64,000 nt of DNA from Candidatus Bathyarchaeota archaeon (GTDB taxonomy: Archaea > Thermoproteota > Bathyarchaeia > 40CM-2-53-6): positions 195,736 through 259,735 of the forward strand of contig CAVWAQ010000001.1 in NCBI GenBank assembly GCA_963753065.1, written 5' to 3'. This document shows, piece by piece, positions 9,268 to 19,199 of the stretch. The first letter of the stretch is position 1, and each line of letters begins with the position of its first letter. The translations under genes and the position numbers were made by a program. The notes beneath the pieces were generated by a model that was not told the DNA's origin, did no database searches, and saw only the letters and a program-made list of their open reading frames with translations.

Positions 9268-11706
9268 TTGAAACCGAATCGACTAAGCTCTGCCCTGCTA
9301 ATCCTGCTTCTACTGATTCCGATCATGTACTTCTTCACCCTTGATGACGAGGGCCATCTGAATTCCACCAAGGTGATTGATCCATTCCTTTTCCTCGGAA
9401 CGTATTCATTGAGCAGTACGAACGCGCGTCTAGTCAAAGCGATAATCACGTCACCTGGCCCCCTGACACATTCCCAACAACTGAGACTTGGTTCGCTGGG
9501 TCTGATCACGGGCTCAGTAGGTCGAACGACAACTATTGAACTGCCCTTGAATGCGGTCGAAGAAACTGCAGATCTTGATTTCGTCTCTGGGTTGTTCGCT
9601 CCGAGAAGCTTTCATCCCACGCTCGATTCGAGCGCATCCGAGATCGGTGCCACGTACGTGTGGCAGAACGTTACAGATGCGCACGGTAGATCAGTTGATG
9701 GGTCTGGCGTCCTGATCGGGGTGATCGACACTGGAGTCGATTTATCTCACCCGGATCTGAAGTTTCCGAACGGCACCTCTAAGGTTCTCTACTTGTGGGA
9801 TCAGACCCTGCAAGGGAAGCCGCCAGAAGGCTTCACCTATGGTGTCGAGTGTTCAAGAAACGAAATCAATAGCGAAAGATGTCCAGAAAAGGACACGTTT
9901 GGCCACGGGACACACGCAGCCTCAATCGCGGTAAGCTCCGGTATTGCATCAGGCAACTATCGTGGGATCGCCCCCGGCGCCTCCCTCGTAGTTGTGAAAA
10001 GCGGAGCGCCATTGTGTGGCGGTGATAGTTGGACATTTGATGAGAACGCCATCATCGACGGTCTGCAGTATCTTTTCGACAGAGCTCAGGCGCTCGGGAT
10101 GAGACTCGTGATTAGTCTGAGCTTTGGTGGGAACATCGGTAGCCACGATGATACGAGTCCCCTCGAGCTCGCCCTGGACGATCTCAGCGCAAAAGGGGTG
10201 GTCGTCACAGTGGCGGCTGGAAACGAAGCCGACAGCCAAGTGCACGTGGCAGGGTCCCTCAGCCCTGCGAATTCCTCGCGTGTCGGCTGGGGGCCAACCG
10301 GAGAAGCCCACAATGCAGTAGTTGACGTGTGGTATCCAACAGATAGAACCGTTTCAGCAACTCTTGTCACACCCTCAGGGGAGGCGGTTCCCGGACCCAC
10401 TAGGACTAATGGAACGAAGACGGCTGATGGTCTAGTTACGATCCTTTCGGCGAATGCAACTGGGGGAAAGGAAATCATGGTCTCAGTCTCGGCCAACGAC
10501 ACACTGCAGACCTCAGGGTGGAATATGATCCTCAACGCGATGGATGACGGTCCTGGCCTGAAATGGGACGCTTGGGTGGACAGCGACAGTTGCTCCGATC
10601 CGGCTGCATCTTTCATGAGCGGCGACGGCTACAAGATCGACTCAAGCGGCACGGTTACAGTCCCCGGCACGGCGAGTGGCGTCATCACGGTCGGTGCTTA
10701 CGTCAGCAAGAACTCCTGGGTAAACCATTTGGGAAAGAATGTCTCCGTGACATCCTACACTGTCGGCGAGATTGCAGATTTCAGCTCGCGGGGTCCAACG
10801 AGAGATGGACGGACAAAACCTGACGTGTCCGCGCCTGGACTGTTCATCGCTGCAGCCCGCTCATCAGATGTTCCCCAAAGCGAGAGCGACCCTGACCAAT
10901 ATCATCGAGTACTCGCAGGAACGAGTATGGCGGCTCCTCATGTCGCCGGAGTGGTTGCGTTGATGCTTCAGTACAGACCTGAGTTGACGCCACAAGAAGT
11001 CAGATCCCTTCTGGTTGAGGGAGCGAATCTTGATGACTTCACAGGTTTCATCGATGCATCTGCAGGGTCTAATGAGTGGGGCTGGGGAAAGGCGGACGCG
11101 CGAACCGCAACCTCGTTCTTCAGAGTATCCTCGATAGTAGAATCACTTCCTCCGACATTCGCTGTTGACTTGGCTGTCGACGGACAACCTCGCGGACTCC
11201 TTCAAGGCGGGAAGGTCCAGAGTCGACGCTTCCCTGTAGGCAGCGAACACTCGTTCCAAGTGGCCGGTGAGACGTTCACGGCGAATACGACGCGCTACGT
11301 ACTTGCCCCATATGGAGAGACCTTCTCTGCTAACGGCGCCTTCAAGCCAACGGCGCAGGTTCAGTATCTACTCACGCTAGAGTCACCGCTCGGCCAGATC
11401 GAGGGTGGGGGATGGTATGACGCAGGCAGCTACGCCAACTTCACGGTCAGCCCCACGGAGATCTCGAAAGGCTTTGCCCAGCTTCTCGGCGTGGCTTTCT
11501 TCTTTGACCACTGGATTGACGAGCATGGAAACAGAGTAGCCTCAGGTTCTCTGCGAATGGATTCATCTCACGCACTCAGAGCCTCTTGGGGCGCTCGTCT
11601 TGCAGACTGGCGACCTGTTCTCCTACTGGTCGTCTTGATCGTCGCCGTAGTGCTCGCCCTTGAATCAAGACGGAGGAGACTGCGAAAAGGGCGGGGTCTC
11701 GAATGA
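9268..11706 (+). CDS. membrane-anchored subtilisin-like serine protease (peptidase S8)
   Basis: Catalytic triad motifs VIDTGVD, HGTHAAS and GTSMAAPHVAG. It has an N-terminal hydrophobic signal/anchor and a C-terminal TM segment followed by RRRRLRK. Confidence 0.85.
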   Translation: MKPNRLSSALLILLLLIPIMYFFTLDDEGHLNSTKVIDPFLFLGTYSLSSTNARLVKAIITSPGPLTHSQQLRLGSLGLITGSVGRTTTIELPLNAVEETADLDFVSGLFAPRSFHPTLDSSASEIGATYVWQNVTDAHGRSVDGSGVLIGVIDTGVDLSHPDLKFPNGTSKVLYLWDQTLQGKPPEGFTYGVECSRNEINSERCPEKDTFGHGTHAASIAVSSGIASGNYRGIAPGASLVVVKSGAPLCGGDSWTFDENAIIDGLQYLFDRAQALGMRLVISLSFGGNIGSHDDTSPLELALDDLSAKGVVVTVAAGNEADSQVHVAGSLSPANSSRVGWGPTGEAHNAVVDVWYPTDRTVSATLVTPSGEAVPGPTRTNGTKTADGLVTILSANATGGKEIMVSVSANDTLQTSGWNMILNAMDDGPGLKWDAWVDSDSCSDPAASFMSGDGYKIDSSGTVTVPGTASGVITVGAYVSKNSWVNHLGKNVSVTSYTVGEIADFSSRGPTRDGRTKPDVSAPGLFIAAARSSDVPQSESDPDQYHRVLAGTSMAAPHVAGVVALMLQYRPELTPQEVRSLLVEGANLDDFTGFIDASAGSNEWGWGKADARTATSFFRVSSIVESLPPTFAVDLAVDGQPRGLLQGGKVQSRRFPVGSEHSFQVAGETFTANTTRYVLAPYGETFSANGAFKPTAQVQYLLTLESPLGQIEGGGWYDAGSYANFTVSPTEISKGFAQLLGVAFFFDHWIDEHGNRVASGSLRMDSSHALRASWGARLADWRPVLLLVVLIVAVVLALESRRRRLRKGRGLE

Positions 11707-11774
11707 AGATCAGTTCATGCTTGGGTTAGTAGTGGCCGACAAGACAAGAATACATTTGTCCTCGTGTTGGTAGT

Positions 11775-13061
11775 GTGCGCACAAGCGGGGGCGGATGCGA
11801 GACGGCCTTGGCCAGCGCTCAGGATAGAGAGCGAATCAACTTCATCAAGCAAGCCTTCTTGCAGTACTACGGCAGACAGGGCAGCAGGATCGCTCTGCCT
11901 CCGGATTTTCGGTCGAGGGAGTTCGCGTTTCTCGCATTCGGCGAGAAATTCATGACCCGGCACAAAGCAATCGGATCACATGAAGAACTAGTGAACAACA
12001 TACGAATGCTCGCGCCGTCGGACGTCTACTATTCCACAGCCTACTACGCGAAGCCTGCAGAAGCGATGGAGCGTAAGGGTTGGCTCGGGTCCGATCTGGT
12101 CTTCGACGTTGATGCCGATCACATCGAAACCCCATGCAAAGCAAAGCACGACATGTGGCGTTGTAGTGGCTGCGGGCTTTCGAAGCAGGGAAAGCCTCCA
12201 ATTCAGTGTCCAAACTGTGGCAAAGCGAAGTTTGAAGAGCGTACATGGCTCTGTGATGAATGCCTCAAAGCGGCAAAGAATGAAGTCGTCAAACTGATTG
12301 ATTTCCTAGCAAATGACTTTGGAGTACCCGAAGAGGACATGCACGCATTCTTCTCCGGCCACAGAGGCTACCATCTCCACGTCAGAACGGAACAGGTTCG
12401 CAAGCTGGACGAGTCACAGAGAAAGGAAATAGTCGACTATGTGCTGGGTTTGGGACTGGACGTCTTCTTCCAGGGACTATACAAAAAGCCCAAGGATGTT
12501 ATTGTGGGGCCGCAACGAAATGATCCGGGATGGCGGGGGCGTTTCGCTCGGGAAACCTATCGACTCATCATGAAAGGAACTGAGGAAGAGCTTGTGGCTC
12601 TCGGTTTCTCACCTCGTCGGGCACGATTGATCATCAAGGAAAGACCAGAGAGGGAAGAGCGTTGGGAGAAAGAGATACTGTGGAGCGAGTTTGAAGACAG
12701 GTTCCACGTGAATGACGTGACTTGGCGTGCTATGTTTGAGCGGGCCATTTCGAAGGGTGCACTGCCCGCAGAAATCGACACCGTTGTAACAACAGACATC
12801 CACAGACTAATTCGCCTGCCCGAGACACTTAATGGAAAGACAGGCCTTCGGGCTATGGCCGTTTCAAACTTGGATACCTTTGACCCATTTGCTGATCCAA
12901 TAGCTTTTGAGGGAGAAGAGACAGTTCGAGTCACCGAGGCTCCAGCTTTCAGAATGGGGAACGCAAACTACGGACCGTACGTCAAGCAGGATGTGACGCT
13001 ACCGGCCGCTGCTGCTATGCTCCTACTCTGCAAAGGGGTGGGTGGTCCCATACAGAAATGA
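11775..13061 (+). CDS. priS: DNA primase small (catalytic) subunit PriS
   Basis: Catalytic DLVFDVDADH motif, zinc knuckle CSGCG...CPNCG, and FSGHRGYHLHV. Confidence 0.85.
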   Translation: MRTSGGGCETALASAQDRERINFIKQAFLQYYGRQGSRIALPPDFRSREFAFLAFGEKFMTRHKAIGSHEELVNNIRMLAPSDVYYSTAYYAKPAEAMERKGWLGSDLVFDVDADHIETPCKAKHDMWRCSGCGLSKQGKPPIQCPNCGKAKFEERTWLCDECLKAAKNEVVKLIDFLANDFGVPEEDMHAFFSGHRGYHLHVRTEQVRKLDESQRKEIVDYVLGLGLDVFFQGLYKKPKDVIVGPQRNDPGWRGRFARETYRLIMKGTEEELVALGFSPRRARLIIKERPEREERWEKEILWSEFEDRFHVNDVTWRAMFERAISKGALPAEIDTVVTTDIHRLIRLPETLNGKTGLRAMAVSNLDTFDPFADPIAFEGEETVRVTEAPAFRMGNANYGPYVKQDVTLPAAAAMLLLCKGVGGPIQK

Positions 13062-13651
13062 ACCGTGACGAACTCTACCGAATCTGGAAGGCCGAGAAAA
13101 GCGAGAAGACCCTTCAAAGACTCCCGGCGTCATTCTATGCTGAAGTCAGGAAGTTACTAAGCGACTGCAAAGGGTCTTCAGCGTCAACCGGTCAAGACCG
13201 AGCTGAAAAAGCCATCACTGAAAAGGAGTTCAAGATACTACAGCGGCTGAGCACAGAGATTGCCAAGGCACGCATGAAGAAGATTATCGACGCCGCTCTA
13301 TCCGGACAGACCGTCGGAACTGAAATGGTTGCCCAGGAAGAAGCGGAGTTCGCAAAGATAGTTTCAACTCATATAGGAGACTACTATCGTTTCGTCGACG
13401 AACTGGTACTAGGTGGTTTTTCCGCTGAAGAAAGAGCACCGAGCAAGCCGGTTGAAGCTAGGTTGGAAGTCGTGCGTTTCCTCTCGGACTTCCCGGCGAT
13501 AATCGGCGTAGATCTGAAAACTTATGGCCCCTTCAAATCTGAAGACATCGCCACGGTGCCAGCGGAGAATGCTTCTGCGCTTATCAATCAAGGAGTCGTC
13601 AAACAGGTTCGGTTCTCCGAAGGGATAACCTCAGCTCCGGCATCTGAGTGA
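13058..13651 (+). CDS. GINS subunit, Gins51/Gins15-like (candidate)
   Basis: The ATGA overlaps the priS stop. N-terminus LQRLPASFYAEVRKLL fits the GINS A-domain pattern, and a priS-gins15 linkage is known in archaea. Confidence 0.55.
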   Translation: MNRDELYRIWKAEKSEKTLQRLPASFYAEVRKLLSDCKGSSASTGQDRAEKAITEKEFKILQRLSTEIAKARMKKIIDAALSGQTVGTEMVAQEEAEFAKIVSTHIGDYYRFVDELVLGGFSAEERAPSKPVEARLEVVRFLSDFPAIIGVDLKTYGPFKSEDIATVPAENASALINQGVVKQVRFSEGITSAPASE

Positions 13652-13691
13652 TATTGCATCGCAGCTGCGGCTTGCTGACGGATCCGCATGT

Positions 13692-14129
13692 CTAGCGTCT
13701 GGGCTTCTCTTTCTTGCCCATCAGCAGGGCATCGAGAGATACGCCGTTGACAGCATAGACCTTGAATCGGATTCCTGGGATGTCTCCCATACTCTTGCCT
13801 TCGGCGCCGCCGATGCCTTCGATATGGACCTCATCGTGTTCATCGATGAAGTTCAGGGCTCCATCGCCGGGGAGGAAAGCCGTGATGACTTTTCCGTTCT
13901 TTATCAGTTGAACCCGGACGCATTTGCGTACTGCGCTGTTTGGCTGGCGGCATTCTACGCCAACTTTCTCGAGGACTATTCCTCGGCCTTGTGGGGCTCC
14001 TTGAAGTGCGTCTGCTTTGTAGTCGAGGCCCAGCATGCGACGTTTGTAGGGTGGATAGTGCCATCTGAATCGCTTGTGCCTGCGTTTCGCCTTACGAGCA
14101 GCCAGTAGGCCCCGCGATGATTTGCCCAT
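13692..14129 (-). CDS. rps12: 30S ribosomal protein uS12
   Basis: [40 protein letters not shown] is the highly conserved uS12 core. Confidence 0.95.
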   Translation of the reverse strand: MGKSSRGLLAARKAKRRHKRFRWHYPPYKRRMLGLDYKADALQGAPQGRGIVLEKVGVECRQPNSAVRKCVRVQLIKNGKVITAFLPGDGALNFIDEHDEVHIEGIGGAEGKSMGDIPGIRFKVYAVNGVSLDALLMGKKEKPRR

Positions 14130-14241
14130 TGTGACATCCGTTTCCTGAAACTCCTCGTGCTAGACTTTAACCCGGCTTATATGTTGTACGCAATTCGCAT
14201 CACAAATACGGAAGGCTTGAAAGCAATACGCCACGAACATA

Positions 14242-15339
14242 GTGTCTGGGTCATCTATGCGAAGAAGCATCCTCGACAACAGGGCCGCGGCAGCGAAGAT
14301 CGATCGAGAGAACATGCTCGGAGTTCTTGAAGAAACTCCAGAAGCCTACGAGCAAGCATACGATACCGCATTGGCTTCTGAGGCTCTTCCGCAGATTCTC
14401 CCGGCACCTCCCCCGTACTTGGCGCTGGTGGGTATGGGTGGTTCAGCGATAGCAGCCGACATACTGAAAGAGTGGCTCTCCGAAGCTGAGACATCGATTG
14501 AAGTCATAAGAGGCCCGAAGCTTCCGGGGTCAATCCGCGCGAATACATGCGTCTTGGTTGCCAGCTACTCAGGTCGGACAACAGAAGCTCTGAAAGCCCT
14601 GAGGGAGGCTCAAAGACGCAATGCCCAGATCTCATGCATCACCTCAGGAGGCGACCTTCTTCAGATCTGCCGGGAAGACGACATTCCTCACATACAGGTC
14701 AGAGCTGGACTGCAACCACGCGAGGCATTGCCTCATCTGCTCTGCGCTTCTCTCGTCACGCTCGAGAGGTGGGCAGTCTGCGATCATCGAACCATCCAGG
14801 CTGAGTTGAAGACTGCCAAAGGACAACTGGAAGAGCTGAGGGAGAGGATTGGATTCGAGAGACCTCAGGCTAGAAACCCTGCAAAGCAGCTGGCCGTTCG
14901 ACTTGACGGAACAATTCCGTTCATCTACACGCCTCAATATCTGGCCGCAGCCGGGAGGAGATTCAAGAATCAACTCAACGAGAACGCGAAGGTGCTCGCG
15001 AAGTTCGAAGTTCTTCCCGAAATGCTCCATAACGAAGTCCAGGGATGGCACATGCTCAAAGAGGGCTTCGCTGATTCCGTATCGTTCGTGTTCCTAAGAG
15101 GGTGCGAAGACGAAGAGGAAGCCGCACAATTGGGGAGACTGAAGCGTCTGATCCGTCAACGAGGAGGAAAGGGAATACACGAGATCTCTCTAAAGTCTCC
15201 GACACTTCCATCCGCTGTTCTCACGATGATCTACTATTGCGACTATGTTTCCTTCTATCTCGCAATGGTACGGGGAATCGACCCTACTCCAGTCAGGACG
15301 ATCCAGTCACTGAAACGTCTGACACAACCTTCGACCTAG
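14242..15339 (+). CDS. bifunctional phosphoglucose/phosphomannose isomerase (SIS domain, crenarchaeal PGI/PMI type)
   Basis: GMGGSAIAADIL and ASYSGRTTEAL SIS motifs. Length and C-terminal pattern match the PGI/PMI family. Confidence 0.7.
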   Translation: MSGSSMRRSILDNRAAAAKIDRENMLGVLEETPEAYEQAYDTALASEALPQILPAPPPYLALVGMGGSAIAADILKEWLSEAETSIEVIRGPKLPGSIRANTCVLVASYSGRTTEALKALREAQRRNAQISCITSGGDLLQICREDDIPHIQVRAGLQPREALPHLLCASLVTLERWAVCDHRTIQAELKTAKGQLEELRERIGFERPQARNPAKQLAVRLDGTIPFIYTPQYLAAAGRRFKNQLNENAKVLAKFEVLPEMLHNEVQGWHMLKEGFADSVSFVFLRGCEDEEEAAQLGRLKRLIRQRGGKGIHEISLKSPTLPSAVLTMIYYCDYVSFYLAMVRGIDPTPVRTIQSLKRLTQPST

Positions 15340-15440
15340 GGATACCCTAGGGTCTCTGGCGGCCAGCAATGCAAAAGCCTACTAGCAAGTGTCGAGCCTC
15401 ATGGATTTCGAAACGTGGCTGTCAAGGAGGAATGGAGTAG

Positions 15441-15902
15441 TTGTCGTTTGAGGAGCGCGCAAAATCAATTGGAGTCAAGATCCCACAAGCTGCTACGCCC
15501 GTAGGTGCTTACCTACTTGCGGTTCATGGCGGGACGCTACTTTTCACAGCTGGTCAAGGGCCCATGAAGGACGGGGTTCCTGTATTCAAGGGCAAAGTCG
15601 GCCGAGATGTCACAGTTGAGGACGCGTATGAGGCTGCGAAACTGGCTGCGTTGAATTGTTTGGCGGCAGCGAAATCGGTTCTGGGTACGCTGGACAGAAT
15701 TGAACGTGTTGTGAAGGTAAACGGCTACGTCAACAGTGCTCCAGGTTTCACAGACCAAGCGAAAGTCATGAATGGTGCTTCCGATCTTCTCGCACAGATC
15801 TTTGGAGAGAAAGGACGTCACGCTAGAACATCCGTTGGCGTCAGCGAGCTTCCTCTGAACATTGCTGTGGAAGTGGACCTCGTTATAGCTTGCGCTCCCT
15901 GA
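15441..15902 (+). CDS. RidA / YjgF / UK114 family protein
   Basis: 153 aa with a TTG start. LLFTAGQGP ... ARTSVGVSELPLNIAVEVD is typical of the RidA family. Confidence 0.8.
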   Translation: MSFEERAKSIGVKIPQAATPVGAYLLAVHGGTLLFTAGQGPMKDGVPVFKGKVGRDVTVEDAYEAAKLAALNCLAAAKSVLGTLDRIERVVKVNGYVNSAPGFTDQAKVMNGASDLLAQIFGEKGRHARTSVGVSELPLNIAVEVDLVIACAP

Positions 15903-15933
15903 TCGTCAGCTCCTTTCGTCGAGCGTGAAAAAG

Positions 15934-17028
15934 TCACTCCGGCGGGAGAGGAGGCTGCCGTGCTCCGCAGTTGGGGCAGAAGACCGCGAGGATGATCAAC
16001 GGTGCTCCACAGTTCACACAGTATCTGGTCCCTCGCGCAGGTTGACGAGGTGGAGACGGACCTCCCGAAATCTGAGAAGCAGGAGGAATGGTCGGCCCCA
16101 CGGGACTAGGGCCCTGTGGACCGCGCGTCCTATCCGCGTAGATAACGAAGAGCAATACTGTGAAGAAAGCCGAGAGCAACGCGGAGATCACGTAGTACAC
16201 AATATTGTTGGCCCGGAACATCAATCCCAGCAGGCGTCCGCCATTCGTGTAGATGTCCGGTCTGGTCAGTTCCGAATACGAGAAACTCGGCCAGACGAAT
16301 GATGCAATCCAAGCTGTGACCATCGAAGCGACTCCGGAGATGACAATGTAGCCTATCATCGTAGCCAAGTTCTTCCTCACGAAGGCGAAACTCGACCTGA
16401 TCGATTTCACTATTCCAAGATCGTCCATCACGAGGGCCTGCATCCACGGCAGAAGAAAGACGAAGAGAACGAGTTCGACCAGTCCAACCACTAGTACGAT
16501 CCCGAGCAATCCAAAGATGATTGGGGCAAGTAAGCTGACGATGGAAGTGGGGGTGAGCTCTTCCGGAGGAGTCAGCTGCCCAATATTGAGGGTGAGAACG
16601 CTCGTCACTACAGCCACTATTCCGACAGCCACTGGAACAGCAAGTATGACTCCGACTAGTATTCGGCCGCCGAGGATCCGCAGGAAATACTTCTTGGCCC
16701 CTACCCATAGGTCAGCGAGTTCCGTTCGTCCGTCGACAACCACGCGCTTGTTCATATATGCCCACCCGGCAGTGACGAACGTATCGAAGAGGAAGATCCC
16801 GATCAAGAGGAGGAGCATTCCTCCAACTGCCGTTTGAATGAGCCCCCAAGTGTCCCCGGTTAGACCGTATGCCACTATGAGCGGGAGTAGCAAGAACGCC
16901 ATCACAGTCATGATGACAAGGGGTAAAACAACCTGAATCAAGATCGGCGGCACGATCAGCATCCAGTTCTTCCTTATTCGTGCTGCGGATTGCCTGATCA
17001 GGGTTCTTAGATCCATCTGCCTCGCCAC
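15934..17028 (-). CDS. polytopic membrane protein with a C-terminal zinc ribbon
   Basis: Multiple hydrophobic helices followed by a Pro-rich linker and YCVNCGAPL...FCPNCGA. Confidence 0.5.
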   Translation of the reverse strand: MARQMDLRTLIRQSAARIRKNWMLIVPPILIQVVLPLVIMTVMAFLLLPLIVAYGLTGDTWGLIQTAVGGMLLLLIGIFLFDTFVTAGWAYMNKRVVVDGRTELADLWVGAKKYFLRILGGRILVGVILAVPVAVGIVAVVTSVLTLNIGQLTPPEELTPTSIVSLLAPIIFGLLGIVLVVGLVELVLFVFLLPWMQALVMDDLGIVKSIRSSFAFVRKNLATMIGYIVISGVASMVTAWIASFVWPSFSYSELTRPDIYTNGGRLLGLMFRANNIVYYVISALLSAFFTVLLFVIYADRTRGPQGPSPVGPTIPPASQISGGPSPPRQPARGTRYCVNCGAPLIILAVFCPNCGARQPPLPPE

Positions 17029-17096
17029 AACAATTGGTCTGCTCTAGCTTCGACAGTGAATTCGGGATTTAAGTGCGGCGTTCAGGGGTTCGCCGT

Positions 17097-17543
17097 TCAG
17101 GGTTTCATGCCTTGCCTATAGTCTCCGGCATCATGATCAAAAGGTATCTTGCGACCTTCGCAGAATGCTGCAAGATTCTCGATGAGTCCCTTCCAATAGA
17201 ACGTAACGGAGTCACGCTCTTCTGCGCTCTCGTGTGCGTCGACGTGGTCAAGAACGAGTAGTGTCGCCTTGCCTCCGGCTTTCTCCACGAAGCTCCAAAC
17301 GCCAAATCCGGGGACGATGTCGCTGTATCGATGCACTATCGTGTGATTTCGCACCAGCGCCACTATCTCGGCGCTTGGGTAGTTGTCGCCGGTAAGTTTC
17401 CCTCCCACGGAGAACTTGTCGATGCGGCATCGTGGATCGTACCAGACCTTCAGCGCTCTTGTTTGTTGAAAAGCTCTGTAAACACGGGCCACGGGAGCTT
17501 TGATTCTCTTCTCAATGTGAACTGTTCCTGCCAACTTTTCCAA
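17097..17543 (-). CDS. SRPBCC / AHSA1-like domain protein
   Basis: 148 aa. VHIEKRIKAPVARVYRAFQQTRALKVWY resembles the Aha1/SRPBCC fold family. Confidence 0.6.
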   Translation of the reverse strand: MEKLAGTVHIEKRIKAPVARVYRAFQQTRALKVWYDPRCRIDKFSVGGKLTGDNYPSAEIVALVRNHTIVHRYSDIVPGFGVWSFVEKAGGKATLLVLDHVDAHESAEERDSVTFYWKGLIENLAAFCEGRKIPFDHDAGDYRQGMKP

Positions 17544-17728
17544 TACCTCGGGTCCTCATTGAGCTCGTCGGGAACTCAATCTTCCGCTTTACAAGCAAGA
17601 ATGGAAATGTGCCTCGACGCTCTCCAAAAGTATGACGAACGGTTGGTTACAGCTGTTTTCTTCAAGAGACGATAACCTATGTCATGCTTAAATACGCCTC
17701 GACGGGGTTCCCTTGATCGATTACAGCG

Positions 17729-18106
17729 TTGTTGCTGCCTGATGAGATCGCTTCAAAGTCCGTGATTCCAGCGATCCGAGCAATGGTTGTCCGTAGGCTT
17801 GTGGATGAGCATGGGATGACTCAACTGCAGGCTGCTCGGCTATTGGGAATCACTCAACCAGCTGTGAGCAAGTATATGCACAACAAGCGGGGAGTCGCGA
17901 TCAAACTGGAAGGAGTCGCTCGTGTGGACGAGGCTGCGAATAGGATTGCCGCCATGCTCGTGTCAGGAAAGGCAGGGCAGGTGCAGGTAATGGGCAAACT
18001 CAACGAAGTGTCAATGCAGGTCAGAAAGAGCAGGCTCATGTGTGATCTTCATAGACGCCTCGAACCAGGCTTGAACCTGGGCAGTTGCCGGATATGCGAA
18101 GCGTAG
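17729..18106 (+). CDS. HTH transcriptional regulator (XRE-like HTH with a Cys-containing C-terminal part)
   Basis: MTQLQAARLLGITQPAVSKYM is a helix-turn-helix. The C-terminus carries CDLH...CRIC. Confidence 0.6.
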   Translation: MLLPDEIASKSVIPAIRAMVVRRLVDEHGMTQLQAARLLGITQPAVSKYMHNKRGVAIKLEGVARVDEAANRIAAMLVSGKAGQVQVMGKLNEVSMQVRKSRLMCDLHRRLEPGLNLGSCRICEA

Positions 18107-18158
18107 CCGACCTCCAGCGCGTAAGCCAGCGATGAGTTGTATGGTAAGGTGACCGAGC

Positions 18159-18716
18159 ATGAGCACAGACGCCGCAAAGGAATCACAGTCGTCGTCTGCT
18201 CCTGAGGAGACGAGTCAGTCTCCGGGTATCTGGGTTGGGAGCCTTAGAGACCTGGTAGAGCGGGTGGTGGGTTCTGCTCCGCTCAAGTACTTGGTCAACT
18301 GGAGTCGTCTCTACTCGCTTTGGCCGGTTCACCTGACGACGGCATGCTGTTCAGCTGAATTCGGTGCTATGATGGGTCCAAGATATGATCCAGAAAGATA
18401 CGGCATGCAAGCTGCAGTTGGATCGATGCGTCAAAGCGACCTGCTGATAATCGAAGGAACTGTAACTAAGAAGATGTTGAAGCGGATCAAAGTCATTTGG
18501 GAGCAGATGCCCAACCCGAAATATGCGATCGCAATGGGTGACTGTGCTTGCTCAGGCGGTCTCTTCCACGATTCCTACAGCATAATAAATGATATTGAGA
18601 AGGCAATACCGATTGACGTCTACGTCCCTGGATGTCCTCCAAGGCCTGAGGCGCTTCTGAACGGCATCATCAAGCTAAGAGAGAAGATCCGAAGGGAGGA
18701 GGTCTATCCGAAGTGA
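18159..18716 (+). CDS. nuoB: NADH-quinone oxidoreductase subunit B-like
   Basis: N2-cluster cysteines TACCSAEF, MGDCACSGG and PGCPPRPEAL. Confidence 0.9.
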   Translation: MSTDAAKESQSSSAPEETSQSPGIWVGSLRDLVERVVGSAPLKYLVNWSRLYSLWPVHLTTACCSAEFGAMMGPRYDPERYGMQAAVGSMRQSDLLIIEGTVTKKMLKRIKVIWEQMPNPKYAIAMGDCACSGGLFHDSYSIINDIEKAIPIDVYVPGCPPRPEALLNGIIKLREKIRREEVYPK

Positions 18717-19198
18717 GCGCGACACCCTCGACTCCGGAGCAGGGTATCGCCGTCGCCATCAAGGAGCAGCTAGGGAATGCGGTAGAGAACGTGGCTGCGC
18801 TTGGCAAGGGCCGAATATCAATTATCGCTCGCAAGGAAGTCGCAAGAGATGTCGCTGTATGGTTGCAACAGTTCGGGTTCGATCATACGCTCGCAGTGTC
18901 TGGTGTTGATCATCCTTGGGAGAACCATCTCGACGTCGTATACTTCCTCTCGTCCTACTCACATGACAACCTCAAACACCTAGTCGTTCTACTCAAGATT
19001 CACCTTGAGCGAGAGAACCCTTCGTTGCCCTCGCTGACACCGATTTGGGAAAGCGCCAATCTGTTCGAGCGTGAGACGTATGAGATGTTCGGAGTGAATT
19101 TCGAAGGTCACCCGAATCTTCAGAAGCTGTTGTTGCAGGACAACTGGGATGGTCCGCCTCCGTTGAAGAAGGATCTGAAAATTCCGGAGCTGGCCTGA
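18713..19198 (+). CDS. nuoC: NADH-quinone oxidoreductase subunit C-like
   Basis: ERETYEMFGVNFEGHPNL..LLL is the NuoC signature. It overlaps the nuoB stop. Confidence 0.85.
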   Translation: MSATPSTPEQGIAVAIKEQLGNAVENVAALGKGRISIIARKEVARDVAVWLQQFGFDHTLAVSGVDHPWENHLDVVYFLSSYSHDNLKHLVVLLKIHLERENPSLPSLTPIWESANLFERETYEMFGVNFEGHPNLQKLLLQDNWDGPPPLKKDLKIPELA

Positions 19199-19199
19199 C

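Noticed and set aside
16130-16708. A 192-aa alternative-frame minus-strand ORF, plus a plus-strand ORF of 106 aa at 16517-16837 and one of 125 aa at 15925-16302.
   Set aside because: They overlap the 364-aa membrane protein, whose hydrophobic periodicity and C-terminal zinc ribbon make it the credible frame.
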